A stretch of 63,654 nucleotides of DNA, the filler included, from Reticulomyxa filosa (lineage: Eukaryota; Protista; Foraminifera): assembly GCA_000512085.1 (NCBI GenBank). It is 16 parts of 16 records of this genome, joined end to end, with 100 filler letters (N's around TTAATTAATTAA, not from the genome) between each part and the next. Parts side by side here need not be neighbours in the genome. Positions count along the whole stretch, not along the records: positions 1 to 6,390 come from ASPP01012705.1; positions 6,491 to 14,813 come from ASPP01023896.1; 14 more parts are not named here. One strand, given 5' to 3'. The position numbers and the translations under genes are program-made. The stretch's first letter is position 1. Every line of letters begins with the position of its first letter. Positions 1 to 12,717 of the stretch are shown one piece after another. The notes beneath the pieces were generated by a model. It searched no databases. It had not been told where the DNA came from and saw only the letters and a program-made list of their open reading frames with translations.

Positions 1-35
<35 letters not shown>

Positions 36-3000
36 TAAAACGATTAAAGCTCCTCCAATACAAATGATAGCCAATGCAGCGTATTGGTCATGATCCCCAG
101 TAAAGACATCCTGGGAGACACTCAAAACGAAGATCCAGTCCAACTTGGTCCATTCCTCGTATTTTCTGTACTCATTCTGTATGTTATCCAATGTGTCTTT
201 GTACACGTACGCGGCAATGTCGGGATAGGCAAAGATCTGCTTCAAGAACTTCAACTGGTTGGGCTCGGGGATTTGGTTCGGTGAGGGCTGGATCAAGTAC
301 TGCGTGACGGCGGAGACGGCCGGGTCTTGCGACAAGGCGCCCTGGGTGACGTAGAGCGAGTCGTCATCGTAAGGGGATAGCGTGTTGGTAGTCAAGTTCT
401 GTGACGTGGATTCGATTAGATACCATTCGGACGTATTGGAATAGCGAGAGTTATTGTGACCATTGGTCAACGCGAACACGGAAAAGTTCAGCGACAACAT
501 GCCCGAAGAGTTCTGCGGCGATATGTGCAAGTTTGTGTGGTTTTTTTTTCGCAATGTGGGTAGGCCACTGGTGCTCCATATGTTCCAGAAGGCAACGTCG
601 GAGACATATTGAAAGGTCAGCAAAGCGCCGGCATACAATTTGTCTTCCATGGCGGATTTGTATATTCCCAAATAGCATACACTCCAGCCGCCGAAGCACG
701 AATAAGGTTTGGACCAGGCCCTATTATAACTGTACTTCATGTGATTTAATAACTCTTGGGCGGCGATATGTGTACTGCAATCTCGAATGATGTTATCGTT
801 GCTATTATCATTATTGGCACTACTCCCGCTCAACTCTTGCCAATACAAGCAATTGTTTTCATCAATCATGCTCGAATTGACTGATAACACGGAGGAATTG
901 ACCGACGCAAATCCGGCCTGGACATTGGCAGAAGCATTCACTATGATCATCCCCAATACATTGTATCCTTCCCAATATGTTTGCAACTGCTCTTGATTCA
1001 TGGTATAGTTAAAATTTTGCAACATCAAACGCGCTTTGAAGTACTCGTATTCCATCGACAGCTCTCCGATGCACGTCGATATCGACAGAAAGTTTTGTCT
1101 CATTTCGTCGATGGCACTGGAGACCAAAGATCGACATCCCGCGTAAGCCAGGCCCACGCACAACAGTATTGAGATGAACAACACAGTCTGCACGCGACCG
1201 GCAATGGACCCCCAATTCGTTTGCCAATTCGATATCCCGCGATTGAAAATCGATCGCATCAGCTGTGTCTTGATATTCGATTGCACCTGCTTCTTCTGCT
1301 CCTCTTTCCTCCAACTTATAATCTGCATGCGCGCCTGCTCGGCAGACAAGCTGTCCAGACCCATCATCACGTTCTTTGATGAGTGCGTGCCCACAGTGCG
1401 TGCACGTACCAAGCGTGCAGGCATGTCATTCACATTCTTCTTACTAAGTCTGGCCCATCCTTTTTCTTTCGTCGACAGCGTGATCGTCATTTCCGGTTCT
1501 TTTATTTTATTTTTTTTTTTGGAAGAAGAGTGATTGCTGCTACGTAATATATCGACGTCCTCATTATCATGATCATGATCATGATCATTGTCATTGTCAT
1601 CATCTGCAGCCAGTCCTGTATCTGCTGCTTCAACATCCCCATTTCTATGTCCATCTCTATTTGTATCTGTGTCAGCGCCGACGTCCACACTCACATGAGC
1701 CCCGGTGTCGGTGGTGTCGCCATGGCTTGGAGGATTGAGATCCAACAGCATATTTAACCGAGGGTTCTTTTCTATATTTTTCAGCACTTCATTTTTTTTT
1801 TTGCTCAGTTCCGACGGGTGCAAGCTGCCCAGTGAGTGTCTCCGTTGAATGGCCCTGGAGGCGGTACGTGTCTTGGAATTGCTTGTGCCATCGAGCAAGT
1901 CGATGGAGCCCATGCCTTTGAGAGTGACATCATTGGATTGTTTTTTGCCGAGTTGTATTTTCTTGAAGCCCAACGACTGTTTCAAGGTTCTGTCCTGTCC
2001 ACCAGACATATCAGCAGCGGCGGCATTCGTAGAGACAGCGTAATCGTCTGGATTGTTGACTTTGATGCCACGAATTTGATCGAGGATTTGTTCTTTGATG
2101 TTGTGCAGCTTGCTCGAGCTGGCATCTTCTTTGTCGTGCACTTGAGTAAAGCGATGGATGTTGGTGAAGAAGGGATGCAATCGATAGCGTTCGTCGGACG
2201 GGATGATAGGGACAGCTTGACCGATAAATCCTAAGGCGATAGCGAAAATGCATCCCAAACACGTAAGTACGATGACAACGTTGAGTGCGTCGTTGCCACT
2301 CTGATTCACTTCGCTCATGGGATACACGACCACACACCAAAAGTACATGGGTGAGACCGAGTGAAACGTGACTCGCTGTGTGTATACGTAGTACTCCTTA
2401 TGAGTATAAAGATAGCCCATGGAATAATTGATGTTGCTTCTCCATTTGTGCAGCTCGTCAACTGTTTTGGAAACCGCGTCCGAATGTGGAGTTACAATAC
2501 CGCCACTGGAACTGCCATTGCTCGTCAGAGCAATGCTGCTGTCGATATTCCCTCCGTGTAACGAAATGTTATAGTCTTTGAATCCTTGCGAACTCACAAA
2601 TACATCTCCGTAGTCATCGTCGCTGACCCAGTAGACGACCGCCTTCAAGTGCAGCTGCAATGATTGATACTTGGAATCGATTCGCGATGATCGTACAATG
2701 ACAGCCACCAGCTGCTCCTTCAATGAATTGTATTGCAGCTGCGCCATCCACACGCTTGGATTGATTCCTTTGAGCTTTGTGTCGTTGAACCAATACAATC
2801 TCTGATTGTTCTTTGTATCACTGCTATCATGGTTGCCATTTCTCCACATATCCAACAGCACATCATTCAAACACGCCGTGTTGAATTGCGTTATTACATT
2901 GACCATTTTCTTCGATGAATTATACTGTTGACAGAACAACTCGTCGGTTGAGTTTTTCAGGCTCAATGTCCCATCGCAAATTATCAGAGCACTGTTTTCC

Positions 3001-3452
3001 AGCATAATCCCTTGCACTTGCAGCTTATCCGTCGACAATTTCTTCATGGTAAATGCCCCATCTAAACCGGGATCCACAATGGTGGGAACAAAGTAATTAT
3101 TGTAGAAATTCTCCAATATCGTACTATTATTGATCGGCAAAGACATGTTGTACGCAATATCCAAAAATCTCTCTCTCGCGAAAAACGACTGACCTGCAAT
3201 CAACGATGTGGAATTACCCAGGATTTTGTCTCCCATTTTCATCACGCCTTTCACAGTTGCTTCCAAAGGCATGTTCAGCACGTTCCACGAAATGTATCCA
3301 CTAATAGCCACCACGCCGCAAAGCAGTATGGCCATGGCCAACATTATCATTCGAAACTCGCACTTGTAACAAAACAAAAAGTGTCCAACTTTGTTCTTCT
3401 TCTCCTCGTCTTCGTCTATGTCCCTGTCATCTTTGTCTTCGTCACTGTCGTC

Positions 3453-3484
<32 letters not shown>

Positions 3485-6350
3485 CTTCCACGCTGTCTTC
3501 CGCTTTCCTGACTCCTTTCGATTTGTGCGTGTCTTTCGTCTCCACTTCCGGCATCTTTTCTTCAAAGAGGAACACAGGTCGCAGCTGCCTCACTACGTCA
3601 CTCAACCAGGCGACCTTTGTATAAATAAGCAAGCAAAGAATAAGTATACAAATATAAATATAAGTAAAATAAATATATAAATATAAATATAAATATAAAT
3701 AAATAAATATATACAAATATATACATATATATATATATATATACAAATATATACATATATATATATATAATATTTATGTTATATTTATATTTATATATTT
3801 CAGTAACAACAAACCAACCATATTTCTTTCAATAATTTTGGACACATATTCTTCGGTGCCCAATAACAACTCTTCCTTTTGAAAGGCCTTGACTAGCTCT
3901 CTTTGAACGTCCGTGGCGGTAAAGTTTCCGTGCTGAGTGTTGTCGTAATTGGACAGGATATGAAAGGACTCATTCATTTCCGTGTACGGCGTCTGCGTGT
4001 TGGTGCGCATCGTGTCTGGTGCGTGGATGCCCTCGAGGGGCAGACTGGGGATATAGTTGTCGTAGAGATAGACCTTGAGTTCGCTGGGCTTGGCTTCGAG
4101 CAAACGGAAGCCGACAGACTTGTTGCGAGCGTAGTTTTGAAACATAGGAGAAAAGGATCTGCGATCCAAGATATGTTTGGACAAGTTGTGGGCGATAATT
4201 TGGAACAGCAGTTGAGGTTTATTGCGATAGACGCGCTGTGTGTCATCCACGCAGATGCCAAAGGTCAAATGGACGCGTTTGGGAATGCGCAAGCAGCCCA
4301 TGTCATACCAATTGGAGAGCAGGGTTTTATCGCGAAGGACTATATCTTTAGGAAAGATTTCGGGTGCTTCCTCTTCGCTCGTCAATGACGGGATCCCATT
4401 GTAGCCTTTGACGATCGCTCGTTTGATATGTGTCAGCACGCTGCGCTGCTCCAGATCTCGTATCGTCTTCGTCGCATCCAACTCGAGAGTGAAACTCAAT
4501 TGCAACTCTCCCACCAAGTTCGTACGATAATGCGTAAACACGTCTCGATACAATAGCACCGACAGAATGTTGTCAATTGCAAATATCCAACCACGATTGT
4601 CATGCGCAATCGCGTTGTCCTCTTTGCGCAACAATATCATTGCCGTTAACAATGTCGTCATCCCTGTCACGCCGAGCGTGTTACGCGTGTCGTTCTCGTC
4701 AAACGCCACCGTCAATAGCTGCTCATAGCAGTGCATTTCGTCGGCTGTTGGCGTCAGCTCAAATATTTGCTGGAACACACGCGGGTTATTCCAATAGTGC
4801 ACTGATTCGAAGTATGTTTCCGATTGCTGCAGTTGCTCGTCTTCGCGCGGCGTCCGCAACGACTTTGGCGTTAACGCGTCGTTTTCTATCACGGCTTGAG
4901 GCAAAGGGGTTGAGATGTCGCGTTCCGCCGGGGGCTTTTTTTTTTATTTTTAAAAAAAAAAAACAAAACTACTCTTCACAAAAGTTGTTTGCAAAAAAAA
5001 AATAAAATATATATATATATATATATTTATTTATATCACTGAACAATGTGAGACAGTTCTTTTTCAGTGATTTGACAAAGTCGATCTTTGCTCCATTCGT
5101 AAAGACCATTCGAGTCAAATTTATCAACACTGTTTAATAAACAACATTTTTTTTTTTTTTTTTAGAAAGGGAGACTATCTTCAAAAAAAAAAAAAAGAGG
5201 GTATTACAACATACAACGTACAGATCAAACAAAATATACAGAAACATAAAAGTATAAGGAATAAATATATAACGTAACAATCGTTTTAATTCAGCGTTTG
5301 GAGAAGTACCTCTCCTGAATATCTATTGTTTGGAGGGGAGGGGGAAAAAAAAAAAAAAAAAAACAAAGATTTGAGTTGTGTGTTGGATCACTATGCAATA
5401 TAAATGAACTAGCCACATTAGGAAGAAAAAAAACAAAACAAAACAAAAAATATCAATCATTTTTCTCCTTCTCCATCCCCTTTTTTTTTTTGTTGTCATT
5501 GTTATTGCTGTGTTGTTGTAAATTAGTGATTAACATTGTCTCTACTGCCGTGCTGAGTGAATTTGCGAAATAAAAATTGAATGTGTGCAGTGTGAATGAT
5601 AGCATCTTTGCGTTTGGGATGATTGAATGGATACATTGACGGGACATTTTTGATGTGTTCTTCCAATTCTTTTTTTATTACAATCGACGATGTCAGTTGT
5701 GCAGCTTTTCCAAGACATCGAACTTGGTGATATAAATAATCGGGTAGTGTTTCAAAGATATTGTACTCTGATTGTATTATTTATTATTATTAAGTGATAC
5801 ATGCATATACATATATATATATTTATATATATATATATATGTATATGTATATCAGTGTGCAGTTTATATATGTATATACACATATAATAACCTTGTTGCA
5901 AAAAATGTAAAACACAAAATAATCGTCGAATTTCGCCCATAATTTCTCCAATATCTGCGTCGTAGGCAAGCTTTTCCATGAAAACGTTGTTGAACACGGG
6001 CTTGGAAACATACTTGGCGGCGTACTCTTTTTGCTCGAATGTGTCGTGGAAAAGAGAGAGCGTTCGATTATCTCGCGCAAACTGGTCCGGATTTCTGGCG
6101 TTGATTCCAGAGATCAGATTCGCCTGTGGAGAATTCAATCCGTTTTCTATCTCCTCATCTTCAGTCTCTTTTTTTTCATCCTCTTTTTCGTCTTCTTCAT
6201 TCTCATTCTCCCCCTTTTCTTCCACATTGCTGTCGGGTATCATGTTTTTGTGCTTTCCATTGATATTGAATGACACTGTTTTTTTACTGCTTTTGGATTT
6301 TTTGTCTTCTACCTATCCAAGAATTTGTGAGGAATTCAAAAACAAAAACG
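1..6350 (-). CDS. Large multi-exon membrane protein, partial at both ends: unknown N-terminal cytoplasmic region followed by two TM-dCache-like-TM modules
   Basis: Manual minus-strand translation gives a continuous frame from 3614 to the window edge with no stop. It is joined by a phase-0 GT-AG intron (3615-3818; ERNM|VAWL) to the exon 3819-4934 and to further exons near 5040-5130, 5535-5770 and 5890-6350. Four hydrophobic helices; motifs AWSKPYSC, FWCVVVYPMSEV, DWIFVLSVSQDVF. Confidence 0.8.
3615..3818 (-). repeat. Intron filled with (TA)n and ATATAA microsatellite plus a short direct duplication
   Basis: GT..AG on minus strand; atacaaatatatacatatatatatata occurs twice. Confidence 0.75.
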
Positions 6351-6351
6351 T

Positions 6352-6390
<39 letters not shown>

Positions 6391-6490
6391 NNNNNNNNNN
6401 NNNNNNNNNNNNNNNNNNNNNNNNNNNNNNNNNNTTAATTAATTAANNNNNNNNNNNNNNNNNNNNNNNNNNNNNNNNNNNNNNNNNNNN
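6391..6490. other. Artificial contig spacer N44-TTAATTAATTAA-N44 (first of 15; others start at 14814, 15971, 18494, 20395, 21871, 24420, 33668, 39493, 41975, 43844, 48481, 52669, 60284, 61464)
   Basis: Identical 100-nt blocks with a six-frame stop cassette. Confidence 0.98.
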
Positions 6491-6534
6491 GAAAAAGAAG
6501 TGGAAAAAGGTATTAAATTGAAAAGGTAAGAGAA

Positions 6535-7110
6535 TTATTTAATAACCAATTCTTTTTCAGCAACTGGATTGGAATGAATAGTAACAGATAAGATATGAAT
6601 AGGATCAACAGGTCTATTTTTTTCATCAGTATCAATTTTTTCCATAGCATCTAAAGTATGCATTCCATAAATAACTTTTCCAAAAATGGTACAAGTATTA
6701 TTTAAATGAGAAGCTTCTTTGTAAGTAATAAAAAATTGTGAAGTATTTGTATTAGGACCTTGATTAGCCATTGCTACAACACCTTTACGATCAAATTTTA
6801 ATGTTTCAATAATTTCATCTTCAAAATATTCACCATTATATATTGATTTTCCTCCTCTATAATTTTTTGAATTTTTTGGAGCACCACCTTGAATCATAAA
6901 TCCTTTTATATTTCGATGAAATATTGTACCATCATAAAATCCACTTGCAGATAATCCTAAAAAATTCTATTTATAATCATATCTTTTTTTAAAAAAAATA
7001 ACAACAAAAAAAACAACAATAAGATTAAGCACTTTCGCCGCTTTTGGTGTTAATTCACAAAATAATTCCAGCTTTAGCTCTCCAAGGGTTGTTTGTAAGG
7101 TCAAGGACAT
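6535..7110 (-). CDS. PPIL3: Cyclophilin-type peptidyl-prolyl isomerase, PPIL3-like (exons 7033-7110, 6535-6966)
   Basis: Spliced product MSLTLQTTLGELKLELFCELTPKAAK|NFLGLSASGFYDGTIFHRNIKGFMIQGG...MANQGPNTNTSQFFITY...VTIHSNP; 66-nt GT-AG intron. Confidence 0.9.
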
Positions 7111-7376
7111 TTTTATTTACCAATTGTCTTCAAAAAAAAACGAGTTCAACTTTAACTTTAAAACCAACCTTTTTTATCCTCACTTTTCAGGTAAACATAC
7201 TCATCGAAAGTAACAATAATCCTCTTACGCATTGCTTACTTTGTAATTTTTTTAAAGCAACATTTGTAATTAATTAGTTAAGCGCATATACATCAAAACT
7301 GTCGTTGGTCACACTACAAAAAGTTCAAAAAAATTATCGATATCAGTTCTGACAATAGACATTCCTAAAAGTGACC
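7111..7376. promoter_or_regulatory. Probable bidirectional promoter between head-to-head PPIL3 and TMEM147
   Basis: Divergent start codons only 266 bp apart; no motif identified. Confidence 0.5.
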
Positions 7377-8112
7377 ATGACGTATTTTCACTTTTTAAAT
7401 TGCCTCACGTTGGCGGTTGTACCTCCGATGCTTTTATATAGGACTCATAAATTGCATGAATATAACGGCTATCCGGTCTTGCTGTTCTGTTTGTTGCCGT
7501 TTTCTGCTGTGCAATTGCTCAAGTTTCTGATGTTGGCCCAATTGCCTACACACACAGAGTGGACAAACCCTTTTCACCACTTCATCACTCAGTTATTGGA
7601 AGTTGTATTTCTTGCGTTAAATTACTGGGCGATGAAATTTACATATGCACAAGCTCCAAGTCTTGCGAAGATGCCTTCTCCAAACCTGAAAATCTTAGCA
7701 GTCGGTTTGGGATGGACAACTGCCCACATCATTACCACATGTCTGATTCCGATCTGGAACGCGCGAAGCCAATTTGTGTGGACTTATATGTTGTTGGCAA
7801 TCCGCGCGAATTTGCATTGTTTCTTGTTTCAGCATTTGTCAGCTCTGGTTTTTCATCAAAATTACACTTACAATTGCTTCGTGTTTGTGCTCATATCATG
7901 TGTTTTCCCGCTTTGTAAGTTAAGTGAACTCTGCGCTATCTGGTCTCTGACTGGTCCTTGAGACTCTCGGATTTTGTTTGTCTTGTCACAGGACGCTTCG
8001 TCAAGTATTTCTATTTGAGGATGGACTTGCCATGACAGTCGCCGAAGGGGCCATTTTGTTCATCTTTGCACTTTTGTGTCCAATAAAAGCCAACAAAAAT
8101 AAAACGACCTAA
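7377..8112 (+). CDS. TMEM147: TMEM147 (DUF2053, BOS complex subunit); exons 7377-7918 and 7992-8112
   Basis: MTYFHFLNCLTLAVVPPMLLY..LHEY..VQLLK and KILAVGLGW..AH motifs; multi-TM; a phase-2 intron restores a final TM helix. Confidence 0.85.
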
Positions 8113-9561
8113 ACGCCATTTGAATGCCTTGCCTCCGAAGAAGTGGTCTTTCTTTTTCTACACGTTGTGGGCCATTTTGTGGAATGTCACAGTTGTGTTG
8201 TCTTTGTGCAAAGTCTACATGATTTAAATGGTTTTTTTATGGGTCGGTTTCCCAAACAAATTCACAAATCAGCTTTTTAATACATTCGTTTATTCACTTT
8301 CCTGTTATTTGCATATCCTGTGGTTACACATTAACCTAACTTAATCTGCAATTTTTTTGTACTTCAACAGAGTTTGCTCAATTTATTTGGAATTTGCGGC
8401 CATTTACCAGAACTGACCTAAATATAAGATTTAAACTTGACTTTTTTTAGAGTAAAATTTTTTAATGAACGTGTAACAAAATACTAAAATAAAAAAAGTT
8501 ATAAAACAAGTTACATACATTGTACACATGATTTCTTTCGATTTGAAAATATGAAAGTGTTATTTTAGCTTAAACTCAAAAAAAAGTGCGATGTAAGTAC
8601 TAGGAATAATTCCCTTTATAAACAGAGTAATTTTTCAAATAATTTAGTGTTTTAAACATTATTTAAAAATTATACAAATGTTTTATAAATTTAGCAATAA
8701 ATTTATTGCTAGGCAAGGCATATGACAAAACAACTAATAAAGGTGGAAAAAACAATCATTTAATATTCAATGTGAACTTATAAGACACAATGCACCAGAC
8801 TACTTTAAATACTTAAACGTATCAGATAACAGTATTAACTAATGAAATAAACATTAACCGAATTTCGTATAATATATAAACATAGGTAATTATATATCAT
8901 TCTTAAAAAATATGTCACATAGCAACTTATTGCACAAGATTATTAGTTTTGTTGTTTTGGCTGTTTGTTTTTCGGCTAGGAAGCATCTTATATGCATGAA
9001 TCTTGGAATGGATAATCGAGCACTCACATGTTGTTACTATTTTTGTTGTATTTTGTCATTCGAAATTTTTTGGCCGCGAAAGGTTAAGTCCATGTTGTTG
9101 TAGATCATGACAGCCTTTCTGATGTTACAAGTCTTTTGAAGTAACTAATAATGAATAAATAATTTTTTTAAATCACATCTATTGGCACTACTTTAAACAA
9201 AAACCGGATTAAAAAATTAATGAAAAAATAGTGCAAAAAAATAAAAATATTTATAATGCCAACATCTTTGGAAAAACCTTGTTAAAAGTTTGTAATTTTT
9301 CTTTGAGAAAAGCGTGTCATTATAAAATGCTAGTTTATGTATACGTATTTTACATGTGTAAGAAAAGGTCACCCGCAAAGGTAGAAATTTTCTCCAGGAA
9401 AGATAAGTTTTGTACTAGTCTCAAAAAAATCAAAAAATTCCTATTTTTAATCACTAGGCCATGTGTTTTGTTTACGTTGTGAAGCGTGCAGGGAAAAAGA
9501 AAAATTATTAGTGAACTTTTTGTCATTGAAATATCCAAGACCTCAGCGTAAAGGTGAATTG

Positions 9562-9960
9562 ATGCGGAGCATTACACAAAAGTTGAACATATGTAGCTGT
9601 GGAAAGTTTTGGATTTTGCCGTTATTGTGTCAACTGGCAATTTTCTTTTTGGTGATAACATTTCACGCAGTCCCAACACTATTCCATGAATTGGACGCAA
9701 GCAACAGATCGCCGAACGCAGGCAGCAGATTGTTGAACACAAGCAACAGTTCGTTGGACGCAAGCAACACATCGTTGGACGCAAACAACAAAACGTTGGA
9801 TGCAAGCGACACACAGTCAGAATTAGTTCACATCTACAGCCTGGACGCCTCAAAGAAAACACTGTACTTTTGTATGGACTGGAATGAAGTCGTGACGTAT
9901 CGAACAGTGCGAGGAGTGGGGAACAAGTTGGATACGTATTGGCTTGGTAAGACTTGTGTA

Positions 9961-9995
<35 letters not shown>

Positions 9996-11409
9996 CACAA
10001 GTCTTGTGTTGTCTTTGGCTTTGCGCATATGTGTGTATGTGTGTGTGAGAGAGAGAGAGAGAGACACAAGTGCACACGCGCAGAGATGAACACTACGATG
10101 GAACAATAAAAAAACTGCAAAAGGCCGTGCGATTGCATTCTGGATAAATTACAGCTTCGTGATGGACATGAGTTGCGTGTGCAACCGCAATCGCAAACTC
10201 GTGGACTCGTACTTTTGTCCAAGCGTCGCAAATGCGGAGCAGCACTTTACGCACGAGTTGCCCACGCACTCGCGCTTGACGTTGTCAATGTTGGAGAAGT
10301 TTGTGGAGGAGAAGGAGGATAATAATAAGGATGAAAAGGAATTACGAGAACGAGAAGAAGAAGAAGAAGAAGAAGAAAAAGAAGGAGATGTCTCGGAAGC
10401 AATTCACAAATGTCAGTCATTGTTAGACTATTGGTTCCAAGGCCAAGACAACACGACACTATCAAATCTCATGCGTTCGGACAAGTTGCTGCGACGCGTA
10501 TGTGCGACAGTGCGACAACGCCTGCGTGCGCATCTTGCACTGCTGCGACGTAACAACAAGAATAGCGACACGAGCGCGTGGGCGACGCTGCTCAAGTACA
10601 AATGGAATGGCAAGTCCTTGGACGACAATATGCTACTCACGCCTCACTCGCATTTCATTTTCACACTTACCACAAATGTAATGTTTCTTGACGTGATTCG
10701 TTTGGAAACGGCAATGGCCTTTGCGAAATTCTTTTCACGACATCCCAATACATTGGAGAAGCTGCAGCACAATGTGGCTCTACACGACGTGGACTTGTAC
10801 ACCACGACTCAGCGTCCTTCGCTAGCCATTCACTTTCGCTGCGGAGATCTGCTCGGCACTTACAAGGGACACTATAGCTTCCCTTCCTTTCTTTGGTATC
10901 GTACTGCGTTCAAACAGCTGCGTCTTACGTTCGGATTCGACCTTGTCAACAATACCAATACTCACTCGACTCATATTCGAACCGTGTTTTGGCTCATCAA
11001 TCTCGACCCGTCCAAAATGCGCGGCATCGACTTGACCGGACAAAAACACTGTGTGCGTCTCATGAGTCTGCTCACACCTCATCTCACCGCCGAACTATTC
11101 CCCGGCGCCACGCTCGTTGTGCTTTCCGAAAACACAGTCGATGCCGACTACTACATCTTGACTATCGCGCGACATATCATATGCGGACACAGCACCTTCT
11201 GCGAGAGCGCTACCAGGGCTAATGCCCACGGCTTTGCCGTTCAGAGGCATCAATCCTCCGCCAGCCCTATGTTCAATGACGCTTCGTATCTACTCTCTGA
11301 TAACATTCACTTTGTCAATTATACCGATCAATTTCGCTTATCTGGCTCTATTATTCTCCAACAAGACCTTACTGTTGAACAGATTGCTCAATTTTTAGTT
11401 TCACACTAA
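9562..11409 (+). CDS. Type II membrane glycosyltransferase, GT11/alpha-1,2-fucosyltransferase-like superfamily (exons 9562-9946, 10124-11409)
   Basis: N-terminal TM anchor and stem, then GVGNKLDTYWLG|RAIAF, LAIHFRCGDL and DADYYILTIARHIICGHSTF, the three GDP-fucose transferase motifs. Confidence 0.7.
9688..9852 (+). repeat. 21-nt tandem coding repeat (LDASNxS/T heptads)
   Basis: ttggacgcaagcaac units repeated with 21-nt spacing. Confidence 0.85.
9955..10072 (+). repeat. Intronic duplicated (TG)n(AG)n-ACACAAGT compound microsatellite
   Basis: Two copies of tgtgtatgtgtgtgtg-(ag)n-acacaagt. Confidence 0.85.
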
Positions 11410-11673
11410 CTTTTTTTTTACAAACCTCTTTTTTTCTTTCCCTCTTCTAATCAAGGCTATTCAGTATCTTGTGACTTTGCATGCTCTTTGCTTTCTATTG
11501 GAACGCCAAATCCCAATCCAAAGTTTATCTCCTAGATCCCGAGAACAATCCGCTTCTAAAAATATTTTGTCCAATTTTATATCATTTCACGTTTCCTAAA
11601 GTTTTTGTAAGTCAAGCAAAAAAAAAAAGTTCGCTCAACTTTCGTTTCGAACAAACGTCTCCCCTCCTTGCAT

Positions 11674-12717
11674 ATGAAGCCATTGCTGTCCCTTTGCCGT
11701 TGGCACAGACCATCTCTCTCGATTTCTTTGTGTTCTCGTGGCATGGCGCTAAAGTCTTTCTGGAAAGCGGATGTCTCGCCAAAGAACAAGAAAAAACTTG
11801 TCGAAACAGACAACGAGGACGAGTATACAGGAAATACAGCCACGCAAGCAAAAATGAAAGACGACAACGCAAATGAGGCAGTTTCCTCAATCTCTAATAA
11901 AAATATTATAAGCCTGACAAAGGAAGAAATCAACAGAATGGAGGCATTGAATTGGAAAATGAATGAAAAACAGTTGTCCGAGAATTCGGACGACACACAA
12001 GACGCGACAACCGAAGTCCCAACTCTCGAAGAGGTAAGGTATACCTCACCACAGCTAGAAGCGCAGCAATCAGAGAATATATACTACTCGAAATGGGAGA
12101 GGGCTATCCAAGTTGGCCAGGTTAAGTAATTTTTTTATTTATTTATGAAATGCATCAAAACGCACAAACAAATGCAAATCTGCAGATATTGACGCTTACA
12201 CCATTGGTGATTGGACCTTTCTTGATCACAAAGATCCTCTTTTTTGTCAAATTTGGGAGTATTCACATCATCACTGATTGCAATAACATGTATTGACTAT
12301 CTCGTGTGAACATGCGCCCTTTTCTTTTTTCTTGTGACAAACACTCGTTTGCAAAACACACGGATTTCTATGATAGATGTCGCAATTGGTGCAATCCCAC
12401 CAGTGCTAACCTATTATCTGACGCAAAGCTTGATCAGTCGGGTATATTTGCTTCCCAATCGAAGACAGCTCGTCATTGAGAAAATGTCACTATTCTGGCG
12501 GTTCAAAACGAAAACATACGACATCAAACACATTCAATGTTTACCTGTCACTGCGAATCGTCGGAATATATGGCTAGAATGCGCAATGACAAAAGATAAG
12601 TTTCAATTACAAAGTAGTCAAATGCATCATCCTGTTTGGCTAGAAATTTTGGGTGTCAATTATGCTGATATTCGCAAAACTTCTTTTGATGTCTTGTTTG
12701 ATGAAAAGAAGAAATAA
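11674..12717 (+). CDS. Mitochondrial TMEM70/TMEM186/TMEM223-family inner membrane protein (about 3 exons)
   Basis: Arg/Ser-rich presequence-like start; IYYSKWERAI, two TM helices, then PPVLTYYLTQSLISRVYLL..LVIEKMSLFWRFKTKTYDIKHI resembling TMEM70. Confidence 0.55.

Noticed and set aside
84-3680. Many short plus-strand ORFs in the track
   Set aside because: They are antisense or off-frame shadows of the long minus-strand exon.
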